Below are positions 17,201-23,228 of a DNA stretch of 27,488 bases, in pieces. A program made the position numbers and the translations under genes. The DNA is from a virus (taxonomy: Duplodnaviria > Caudoviricetes), in the IMG/VR virus record IMGVR_UViG_3300032332_000359, positions 1 through 27,488 of that record. One strand, given 5' to 3'. The notes below the pieces were generated by a model. The model made no database searches, was not told the DNA's origin, and was given only the letters and a program-made list of their open reading frames with translations. Positions within the stretch are counted from its first letter, which is position 1; each line of letters begins with the position of its first letter.

Positions 17201-18197
17201 GAACACGCCACGTGAAGAGCGCGTTGCTGCTATGAAGGAAATGACAGGCGTTCTGGGTATGGGCTTCTTGATGGGCGGCGTGACTGGTATGCCCTTCTAC
17301 ACCTTGGGCATGATGCTTCTCCAAGCCATGCAGGATGCGTTTGACGATGATGAAGATCGCAAGGAGCGGATGAAGAAGAACCCGCTTACTGCCGACAGCG
17401 TCGAGATGCAGTTCCGCTACGAGTGGATACCGGAGCATTTTGGCCCCCCAACAGTTACGGCTGAAGGCGGTAAGCAGATTAGCTTGGGTGATATCATTCT
17501 GAATGGTGCTGTGTCCGAAGGGACAGGCTGGAACTTTGGCTCTCGCGTCTCGCTTGACCTTGCGGGTATGTGGTTCCGTGCACCTAGCGATGCAGATACG
17601 TGGTCGCAGACCGTCAACAATGCGCTGGTGGAAAACATCCCCGGTGCGTCTGCTTCGCTTAACATAGTATCCATGGGTGAAGAAGTCGCCAAGGGTAACG
17701 TGCTTAAAGGTCTTGAGGTTGGCCTTCCCGCTATGATCCGTGCACCAATCAAAGCTTACAGTCTTGCTACGGAAGGTGTGCGCACCAAGAACGAGAAGAT
17801 CAAACTGGACTCAGAAGATATAAGCAATGGTGCTATTATCGGCGCGGTGCTTGGGTTTAACCCTACGCAGGTTGCTAAATTACAGAAGCAGAACCGTGAC
17901 GTACTAAACCGTGTGAAGAAGCTGGATGAGCAGAAGAGCGAATTGCTCAACGCTTACAAGCAAGCGGTGCGCCGCATCCAGAACGGTGACGCAGACGGGC
18001 AAGAGCAAGCACGTGCGGCAGTCGATGATATCATGGCATACAACAAGAAGATTGGGAATCCGTACTACGGTATCTCTTACGCCAATATGTACAAGTCGTT
18101 GATCGGCTCTGCGGCGGAAGCAAAGTACGATATCCAAGGCATGGGGCTTGATAAAGTTGAGTCGTACTACGCTCAAAAATTGCTCGAAGGGAAATAA
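11247..18197 (+). CDS. giant (2316 aa) internal virion / polyvalent-type protein with zincin-like metallopeptidase and PLxRFG-like regions
   Basis: AAGGA RBS; 6.9-kb open frame; YHEALGHLGL (14601-14630) plus downstream AVEEVLA; YFPKRRYGNYW (15888-15920); last gene of the structural module. Confidence 0.8.
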   Translation: MPVYQITAPNGKTYRISGPPNASQAEVAAAVMAQNPEASGKEQENMLEKIPVVGGLLAGAADIPLNVVSGLASTGKSFTDVFGAGNSASGMLDTVAKYAESLTSAQSREDEKTAAAIRKAAEGKGIWEEVKAAASSFMVNPLDTAANVVGSAIPFAAAAAAAPETGGLSLAPLALGAVSGVGTIKGSISDAVYARAKEAGVSDAQAKTMAEEAQAYDGKNLDQIALGGALGAAASATGLEGQLGRLIAKRAVKDVVEGAVEKEATRGVARRTAKGFAEEALPEAAQAGQERFSQNLAQQRAGYDTDLMAGVAGQAAFEGLAGGILGGIGGASPESQPYVAPTEEEQSAQISAAEEAIGQSELPEAQDPQIKARAAEIIRNIGGSVDEAIGIALDERDTQLARAAQTEEETNDGTDVGGGEPSVSVSDTTEAGQGLAGETTESGTGPVGVAGAPAGRSNVQEVEGADPLETVAPVAAPISIIPPIDQVSPKAQITEQLAPTGQAAPTATPAPEVAPADLKNMTQAEYAEYLKSNPNGKGVQTYNELTARPEYRGLTADERAQLFKDNEAAVRAYSKMMNDLNVDVEGITQRNASSGWEHFIFGTGTSGDSSTHKSYATLSDALALTPEDIKGYLNFVRDNGYNGQVKFPSMGSRALTSFDNIVMHGATEADAQLGSKLAQAYFGDRVTSTMQGVDANGKSHSQLLEDEVDAARSAPKAEAAPATKVETEQANPGENIAAPTPAPAIELPPEVQEAQAEVDQYNPGFEIRYNADLNPRRRYSYGLPGSKNIFYSPSLGPIKRRIIEIEKPIQPKQTVDGVPVRKVRPGDAAGTKPKPKREAPLQIERPSIAGKLSPAQEEQQSLLLAEIDAARNSLLINNAERTELVEMLRTPTGRDLARSREWTLATAIQNDINKLKDEGSALRGEEKILAKKLGRDVRLEPEVDTEGNVTEELTAEEAALAEKVANLKERTKTQNDALSKAKSGIYKRTREKLAERVDTRQKRIDQLKRNREKGFISEVVFRREMGEVRPERPMFRKGKGKANGITLEELNNAVKEITSRWGARLEPKMVQSVADLPPAIRKEIEDLNRTDSFGFYKDGKAYLIADNMNGVEDVAPTLYHEALGHLGLRERFREGLDAILDDIYRTNKGVAALADKFLSANEDLYSKDENPTARAVEEVLASASEAGPLRASRLDKLLKYIKDFARQYLGLDLKFSDREVRTILAMAHQQALSGNDTVMGSSSIMFSTPEQNEAKATVADFETKVQDAMDKVGTTTNDRRDPETFSRGMLGNIGAAISGKSMKDWLSSLGPTAVSTGFIGRGGLNALPTDGMLNYMLTKLGKNPVTDAVFAAADLVDRMNGTRATTRRLLSKTVSDLKKYLLSTNDNKLSAAMDYANYNNFDMLALKDGMTSEEAFKTDAIWRRYTKLLQNPKLSAKKKKDFTEKLVKREVEVEGARRLWDTLPKEGRDLYKRVRDMHRDMYQRRRFLIKKHIQDLKDAGMSEKTVAKMMKAYQEQQERVGDMVNAPSAEDAHVDYPEVPLGQFHKEYFPKRRYGNYWLRIKKTKFGEPVLRFYETMSDRDADWEASAKAMGVKKNDKTYFDLGNDVEMQLKDLEGVNTNTAFNKALNLISEIDTDNFSEATKTRLQNDVYQLFLLSSPEGSVRKQFIKSKNRLGWSSDILRTVGATAEEYASDVSRLAFAPQIDREIRAAKAAYESEPADKKVMSSDFVTNLEYRIQGDMQPQTQGLANKIVPWMNQLAYISFLTAPATALVQIASLPMRVAPNLWGKYGMAQTTRAMARYMNVFTNAPKLESIDTSGRKSFRILTLLESPKVKNSKRHTDALTRAANEYGIIIPLSEFTMHNERTPQTAAQGKAGEVRQKAYDAMTYMFDTTEQMTREITFMATYDLEYDKLEKAGLSAEDRQTRAIIAAKNTVNDTLGNYSNFNRPPMMKGSELAKALFLFKQYSVITTRFFVEGFRAILGKNTPREERVAAMKEMTGVLGMGFLMGGVTGMPFYTLGMMLLQAMQDAFDDDEDRKERMKKNPLTADSVEMQFRYEWIPEHFGPPTVTAEGGKQISLGDIILNGAVSEGTGWNFGSRVSLDLAGMWFRAPSDADTWSQTVNNALVENIPGASASLNIVSMGEEVAKGNVLKGLEVGLPAMIRAPIKAYSLATEGVRTKNEKIKLDSEDISNGAIIGAVLGFNPTQVAKLQKQNRDVLNRVKKLDEQKSELLNAYKQAVRRIQNGDADGQEQARAAVDDIMAYNKKIGNPYYGISYANMYKSLIGSAAEAKYDIQGMGLDKVESYYAQKLLEGK
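12478..12651 (+). CDS. candidate nested +1-frame gene (57 aa) inside the giant gene
   Basis: GGAGG at 12464-12468, ATG at 12478; MMELTLEEVSQAFLFLTLQKRGKDLPEKLQNLELDQWELLGHLLDDLMYKKLRVLTH*; codon usage of the host frame is distorted over the same span. Confidence 0.6.
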   Translation: MMELTLEEVSQAFLFLTLQKRGKDLPEKLQNLELDQWELLGHLLDDLMYKKLRVLTH

Positions 18198-18231
18198 AAA
18201 ACCCCCCACCGGGATAGGTCCGGTGAGGGGT
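18192..18231 (-). terminator. Rho-independent terminator, - strand
   Basis: Stem 18201-18212 / 18220-18231, fully paired on the - strand with one G-U (a C-A mismatch on +), running into UUUUUUAUUU on the - strand. Confidence 0.8.
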
Positions 18232-18268
18232 AGAGAGGTTTTCAACCGTGCAAGGAGCAAAACTTGCG
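18196..18268 (-). ncRNA. candidate ~72-nt small RNA with anti-Shine-Dalgarno loop
   Basis: Bounded by a sigma70-like promoter and the terminator; 5' hairpin GCAAG-UUUUGCUC-CUUGC; complementary to RBSs at 22917-22928 and 26273-26282. Confidence 0.55.
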
Positions 18269-18274
18269 AGGGCG

Positions 18275-18303
18275 AGTATACCTACAAACGCCAGACACGT
18301 AAA
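18275..18303 (-). promoter_or_regulatory. sigma70-like promoter TTTACG-N17-TATACT
   Basis: -35 TTTACG (18303-18298), 17-nt spacer, -10 TATACT (18280-18275); predicted start at about 18268-18267. Confidence 0.6.
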
Positions 18304-18476
18304 CCCCTAATCCCATCTTGTATCGTCACTTTTATCAACACCTTGAGCTTAAGGCGATTAGTGACCACAAGCAGTTGTGCTTTTGCTGCTTTGGGGTCTA
18401 GGCACGGGATGAAAATGTCAGTGCCTCTCTTAAAGGCTTTCCAGTTTACATCGTAGGTTACACCCTCAACCTGCAT
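18282..18476 (-). CDS. small basic hypothetical protein (64 aa), possibly nucleic-acid binding
   Basis: Start moved to ATG 18476 (GGAG 7 nt upstream, overlapping the end of the primase gene); MQVEGVTYDVNW...GIRGLRVWRL. Confidence 0.7.
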   Translation of the reverse strand: MQVEGVTYDVNWKAFKRGTDIFIPCLDPKAAKAQLLVVTNRLKLKVLIKVTIQDGIRGLRVWRL

Positions 18477-21303
18477 CCTCATTCTCCGGTACGAAGACAC
18501 CCATATCAAGGAACTCACCCACGCTGGTATCGAACTCGATGCAGTATACGGACGGTGTCGTTATCGCCATACCTTTGGACAGACGCTTGTTGCCTGTGTC
18601 GATGTAAGCCCCACACTTCTTAAAATCCTTGATGACCTCTTTATAGTTAATCTGCGCCTTGATGCAGTCCTCACGGAAATGCTTGTGATCCACAAACAGG
18701 CGCTTAGTATCTGGCTCAAACCGAGCATAGAGCGCACCTTTGGGTTCAAGGTCAGGACCTAGCTCCAAGTTGGAACGGCTGTCCACCCCATCGTTAACGA
18801 TAAGGATGTTATGGATATTGCGGTTGAGGTAATCACCCAGTACCGCCATCGTTGAGATATTAGGTGCGTCTACATCCTGCCGTGTATCAATGACCATGCT
18901 CGTTGCCCATGCGTATATACGCTGCATGTCCCAGTTGATAATCTTAAGACGACGAGCAATCATACCACCAGTTAGGTTAGCTGCAAGCTTGGCAGACCAA
19001 AAGCGTTCCCGCTGTGTCAGCTTCAATTCACGGTCAACCTTTTCCTGCACGACCTTGAGTGTACGCTTAACGTCTTCGAGATTGTTTATTACCCACTGGA
19101 TATAGATAGGTCCGGCATGGCCGTAGTTTTCAAGCAGTTGGAAGTCGAACATCTGCTTTGCGTAGTCCACCGGGATCGCATCGCTGGTCTCTATCTTATA
19201 CTCTAGTAGGCGCATCATCTCGCCGTCGGGATGATTTTTATGTAGGTTCAACTTTTCGTAAATCGAAGCGTTGGACGAGCAGAGACTGATTGTCTGCCAT
19301 GTCGTAGTGTTCTTACGAAGCTCGTTGGCCGATGCCTTCATGCGGTGTTTACCCCGCCCTTGGCTCATGTTGTAAGACATTTCCGACAGCCCTGCCCCTG
19401 TCATGTTGGTAATTTCATCCACGCAGAACGGCAGGTTATTGAAGACACCAAGCTGCTGCGTCTTAGCGTTGGCAGTATCCCCCTTGATTGCACATAGGTC
19501 TTTGGGGTGGCCGTATATGCTGTTCGTTGCGTGTAGCAGGGTGGTCTTACCCGTACCCGATGTAGGGTGGATGACGTTTATGATTGCACCAGACTGCCCT
19601 GTGAACTTGAAGAGCGGTGCCCCGAACGCAGTAAGCACAGCAAACGCATGTGGCTCTAACCCCGGACGCCCGTACAAATTAATGACCTCTTGCCATTTTT
19701 CATAGGAACCTTCTGCGTGTAGGTGCGTTGCCCATTCACGTGTTGTTGATGATGGTGGGCTATGGAATGTACCGTCGAAGCAAATCTCGCGGTCCCCGAT
19801 GATAAACTTGGTGTCGTTATCAGCCCAGCCAAACTGCATACGCATAAGCTCTGCCTTCCTTTTATATTGTATCGCCTTGAGTGACATGGTCACGAACAAG
19901 ATAATTTGTTTGAACTGCTTTTCAGTGGCAGCTACGCCCTTCATAGCCAGCACCTTGCGAAGCTCACCTGCATCTCCGACAGCTTGCTTCTGCGTGATGA
20001 TGAACTCGCGTACACCCTCTTTGGGTAGGTGCAACCGCATGACTAGCACGTCACCCTCTTCAGGGTCAGTCATAGTCTTCACCAGATATAGGTCGTGCTC
20101 ATAGACAAGAACAGGTGTCTCCTCATCTTTTTCTGGCTTCAAGTAGATGCCGCCCTTCTTACCCCGTGTAAACGGAAGCGGGTATTCGGGTATACGGTGG
20201 TCGATGGGCACATCGGCTTCACCATCCGCAGGGACAATGTAGTTTCCATCTTCCGTCTCGGACTCTGCTACTTCCCTACCCAGTACGATGGGGTTCTTAA
20301 TCTTACCCAAGTAGGGACAGCCGTAACAACCTCCCGGATTGTTGCGCTCAAAGGTCGCACAGTTATGTGGCCCCATGATATGCTTGGTCTTATCCAGCGC
20401 CCTAGCTGGGTCGTAGTCTGGGTGCCCGTGCGACATCTTCTGGATCGCAGTGTCCCTATCTACGCAGAACTTGGCAATCGACAATGCGTCGAACCACCGG
20501 ACTTCTTGCAGCGAAGCTCGTTCCTCATAGGCAGATACTAACTGCTGACAGCCATCACCCTTAAGGCTGCGCCGTATGATCTTGGAGAAACGGGATACGT
20601 TGTTGTCCTGTAGCTTCTCGGAAATGTTGCTCTTGCGCCGCTCAGGTACAACCATTTCGCGCAGGGCTTCAACCCCAAGCGCAGTGCGGAACTCTTCAAA
20701 CTCCACCGGAGGAGCGTCAGAAATCACCGACACTTGCTTGGGCGGGTTATCCTTAAAATTCAATGTGCCCGGTATACGCAAGATACGCGCTACCTCAAAC
20801 ACGGCTGGGTCTACATAAAAGTTATGCGTGACGCATAGTGTAGAAAGTCTGCTTGCTACTGGTTCCCACTCTTGGCGGGTTATGTCTTGGGTCAGTGGCC
20901 AGTATGCGTGTATACCGCGTCCTGAGTTAACGATGAGGGGTGTTGGCAACCCAACCTTTTTACAGAACTGCCGAAGTGCGGCTAACCCTGCGTCTTGGTC
21001 GATGTATCCATCTGGCCTTCCCGTCTTCTCGTTGACCACGGCCTTTGCTTCGCCGCAGTCAATATCCACCCAGAATGATCGGAGAGCTTTGACGTTCTCC
21101 TTTTGCCTGTTTTGCCCCGTCTCATATTTGGCGACACCGAAGAATACGTTGCGACCTTCCGCAACGTACTGCTCTGTATAGGTGTCTACCTCTTCCCTAG
21201 TAGCTACAAGTTTCTGTCTTACGTCACGCTCACCCTTGATACCGAGTACGGCAAACCAACCATCAGCTGGCTGCACAATACTCAAAAGGTCTACGTGATT
21301 CAT
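18466..21303 (-). CDS. primase-helicase: AEP/RepB-like primase, Cys-rich domain, DUF927-type P-loop helicase
   Basis: WVDID, VNSGRGIHAYW and RILRIPGTLNFK (AEP motifs); PHNC...GGCYGC; SGTGKTT Walker A and FCVDE Walker B. ATG 21303 preferred over TTG 21327, start uncertain. Confidence 0.85.
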   Translation of the reverse strand: MNHVDLLSIVQPADGWFAVLGIKGERDVRQKLVATREEVDTYTEQYVAEGRNVFFGVAKYETGQNRQKENVKALRSFWVDIDCGEAKAVVNEKTGRPDGYIDQDAGLAALRQFCKKVGLPTPLIVNSGRGIHAYWPLTQDITRQEWEPVASRLSTLCVTHNFYVDPAVFEVARILRIPGTLNFKDNPPKQVSVISDAPPVEFEEFRTALGVEALREMVVPERRKSNISEKLQDNNVSRFSKIIRRSLKGDGCQQLVSAYEERASLQEVRWFDALSIAKFCVDRDTAIQKMSHGHPDYDPARALDKTKHIMGPHNCATFERNNPGGCYGCPYLGKIKNPIVLGREVAESETEDGNYIVPADGEADVPIDHRIPEYPLPFTRGKKGGIYLKPEKDEETPVLVYEHDLYLVKTMTDPEEGDVLVMRLHLPKEGVREFIITQKQAVGDAGELRKVLAMKGVAATEKQFKQIILFVTMSLKAIQYKRKAELMRMQFGWADNDTKFIIGDREICFDGTFHSPPSSTTREWATHLHAEGSYEKWQEVINLYGRPGLEPHAFAVLTAFGAPLFKFTGQSGAIINVIHPTSGTGKTTLLHATNSIYGHPKDLCAIKGDTANAKTQQLGVFNNLPFCVDEITNMTGAGLSEMSYNMSQGRGKHRMKASANELRKNTTTWQTISLCSSNASIYEKLNLHKNHPDGEMMRLLEYKIETSDAIPVDYAKQMFDFQLLENYGHAGPIYIQWVINNLEDVKRTLKVVQEKVDRELKLTQRERFWSAKLAANLTGGMIARRLKIINWDMQRIYAWATSMVIDTRQDVDAPNISTMAVLGDYLNRNIHNILIVNDGVDSRSNLELGPDLEPKGALYARFEPDTKRLFVDHKHFREDCIKAQINYKEVIKDFKKCGAYIDTGNKRLSKGMAITTPSVYCIEFDTSVGEFLDMGVFVPENEDAG

Positions 21304-21319
21304 TGTATAGTCCACTATC

Positions 21320-21334
21320 ACAGGCAATGCCTGT
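21320..21334. promoter_or_regulatory. 15-bp palindrome (possible operator or hairpin) in the primase leader
   Basis: ACAGGCA-A-TGCCTGT with perfect 7-bp arms, between the HTH gene and the primase ATG. Confidence 0.4.
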
Positions 21335-21363
21335 CGGTTGATCTCTCTTGCTGAAAATCAAGA

Positions 21364-21603
21364 TTAAACAGTTGCTCCGAGGTCATCCATCCACTTTAGC
21401 ATCGCGTCAAGATGATGCGCTTGTGGATTTGTTTCCCCGCAGAACCACTGATAAATCGTCTGGCGGGTAACCTCTAGGGTTTGAGCAGCCTCTTGAACCG
21501 AGATATCCCGGTCCAAGCAAGCCCGCCCAAGTTTTACACCTAGTAAGTTACCGTCAGCGTTCCTGATCGCGTCAGCTACTTTAATTGTGTAGCCCTGCGA
21601 CAT
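21364..21603 (-). CDS. Cro/XRE-like helix-turn-helix protein
   Basis: ISVQEAAQTLEVTRQTIYQWFCG is a typical HTH pattern; 79 aa. Confidence 0.8.
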   Translation of the reverse strand: MSQGYTIKVADAIRNADGNLLGVKLGRACLDRDISVQEAAQTLEVTRQTIYQWFCGETNPQAHHLDAMLKWMDDLGATV

Positions 21604-21606
21604 GGA

Positions 21607-22500
21607 TCAATCTTCCGCCCATTCGCCAAGCAAGTCCGAGAGGCCCTTATCCTCGTCGGGAACTTCGGCAATAGGTGGCTTCTTGGAGACGCGCTTGACC
21701 GGCTCCACTACTTCTTCTTCTTCCGGCTCGTCAAACATCGTTGCCTTTGGTGCTGCGATAGTTTTTACTGGCTGTGCCTTGGTACCATCAACTTCGGAAG
21801 TGGTAAGCTGGATGTAACGCTGGGCTTCGCCGCTGGTAAAGGCGGCATCAATAAGGTCAGACTCATCCTGCGTAAGATGGCGTACTGCCTTAAACTTAAG
21901 GGTCAGCGTGTCAGCGTCGAGGTCATACATAACCTTCGTCACCACCGTGTCCGGTGCTTCACCATTAGCCTTGAGGTAGTTGCAGTAGCTTTCAAACGGA
22001 TGCTCGTTACCGATACCCTTACCGAATAGCGACTTAGCAGCAAAGCTCATCTGGTAGATGTCACCAGTTGGATCACCCTCAACGAGTACCGCGATGCGGC
22101 GCTTGAAGCGGCAAGCTTTACCACGGCCTTTGGCACCAGAGCCATCAATGTTCATACCGCATGAAGCGCAGCCAGAACCCTGCCTATTAGGTGCTTTGGC
22201 ATCTGGGGTGCGGCCATCAGGCGACCAACAATCAGGCAGTGAAGCCTTACCATCTGGGTCATAGTCAGATGCGTAGTACTCGCGTGATACTTCTTTAAGC
22301 ATGTCAACGACGATGATGTTAATCTCGTGCGGGACAGCCTTACCAATTTGTTCACCATTGACGACACGCTTAAAGGTGCCGTTGGTGTTGGTGGCGATAC
22401 GGCGTAAGCTGGTGCCAGAACTGATCTTATCTGCCAACCGCGACTCACGCTTGACGGTTGCAAAGCCACTTTGCTCTTCAAAAATTGTTATATTGCTCAT
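21607..22500 (-). CDS. putative single-stranded DNA-binding / recombination protein
   Basis: ATG 22500 after GAGAG; Cys motifs (PDCWS, CASC, GKACR); acidic Pro-rich tail ending LLGEWAED; replication-module context. Confidence 0.6.
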   Translation of the reverse strand: MSNITIFEEQSGFATVKRESRLADKISSGTSLRRIATNTNGTFKRVVNGEQIGKAVPHEINIIVVDMLKEVSREYYASDYDPDGKASLPDCWSPDGRTPDAKAPNRQGSGCASCGMNIDGSGAKGRGKACRFKRRIAVLVEGDPTGDIYQMSFAAKSLFGKGIGNEHPFESYCNYLKANGEAPDTVVTKVMYDLDADTLTLKFKAVRHLTQDESDLIDAAFTSGEAQRYIQLTTSEVDGTKAQPVKTIAAPKATMFDEPEEEEVVEPVKRVSKKPPIAEVPDEDKGLSDLLGEWAED

Positions 22501-22508
22501 GGTATCTC

Positions 22509-22916
22509 TCACTTGTTAGTCGGTTTACGTACAGTGATAGCGTACTTGCTATCAATCTGTAAGCCAGCAGGGTGCTGGTCTGGGTTTTCGTCAAGAAACT
22601 GCTTCATGTTCCCGTTATGGATACGCTGCTCTAAGAGAAACGGTGCATCATTAGCCTTGATGAAATTGTACATGGTGGACCAATCAGTAGTCCAGTAGCG
22701 GGACTTAACCCGCCGTGTCACGGTGCCTTCCGCAGTACGAAGGCTGTCGAGGTTCTGGTCACTGCATATCTTGAGCAGCTTGCTAGAGACCATGTCCAGC
22801 TTATCCCTAAGGACCGCGACTTCTTTCGAGTGCGCTGTCTCAAGGTCTTCGATAGCTGAACGTATGCGACGGTAAACTGCTACCAGCTTATCAGCCGGTA
22901 TTACTTCATTTTCCAT
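22509..22916 (-). CDS. conserved phage protein with N-terminal coiled coil (Gam/Gp157-like architecture)
   Basis: Strong RBS AAGGAG; helical N-terminus then LRTAEGTV...DW...F...LLEQRI...PAG; coupled to the SSB-like gene. Family assignment is tentative. Confidence 0.65.
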   Translation of the reverse strand: MENEVIPADKLVAVYRRIRSAIEDLETAHSKEVAVLRDKLDMVSSKLLKICSDQNLDSLRTAEGTVTRRVKSRYWTTDWSTMYNFIKANDAPFLLEQRIHNGNMKQFLDENPDQHPAGLQIDSKYAITVRKPTNK

Positions 22917-22957
22917 GTTTTGCTCCTTATGGTCGGTCTTCTGCTTTGAACCTGTTA

Positions 22958-23227
22958 CTATACAGTGTCAAGCTCTTTGAGATATTTTTCTTCAATAAAC
23001 ATCGTCCTAGAGTGGGGCGTTTCAACGAAAGGTTTGCATTGGTAGTCATGGCTGTGTGTGTTGTATGAAGCCATATCCACTATCGTAAAACCCTCAGGGT
23101 AAGTTAGGGCGTATGCCTTCTTAGTGCAGCCAGTGGCTCTTAGGTGCAGCCCATCTTTTACCGTAACACGGTCACCCACCTTAAAATTAAATACTGGGGG
23201 GCGTTCAAACATTGTATTCTCAGTCAT
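22958..23227 (-). CDS. hypothetical protein (89 aa) with SH3/KOW-like FKVGDRV start
   Basis: GGAGG RBS; starts 1 nt after the helicase stop. Confidence 0.7.
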   Translation of the reverse strand: MTENTMFERPPVFNFKVGDRVTVKDGLHLRATGCTKKAYALTYPEGFTIVDMASYNTHSHDYQCKPFVETPHSRTMFIEEKYLKELDTV

Positions 23228-23228
23228 T

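Noticed and set aside
18148-18456. + strand 102-aa ORF and - strand ORF 17904-18260 spanning the module junction
   Set aside because: They cross the terminator and overlap real genes, and lack credible starts.
22952-22965. CTGT...ACAG as a LexA SOS box
   Set aside because: The spacer is 6 nt; the E. coli-type box requires CTGT-N8-ACAG.
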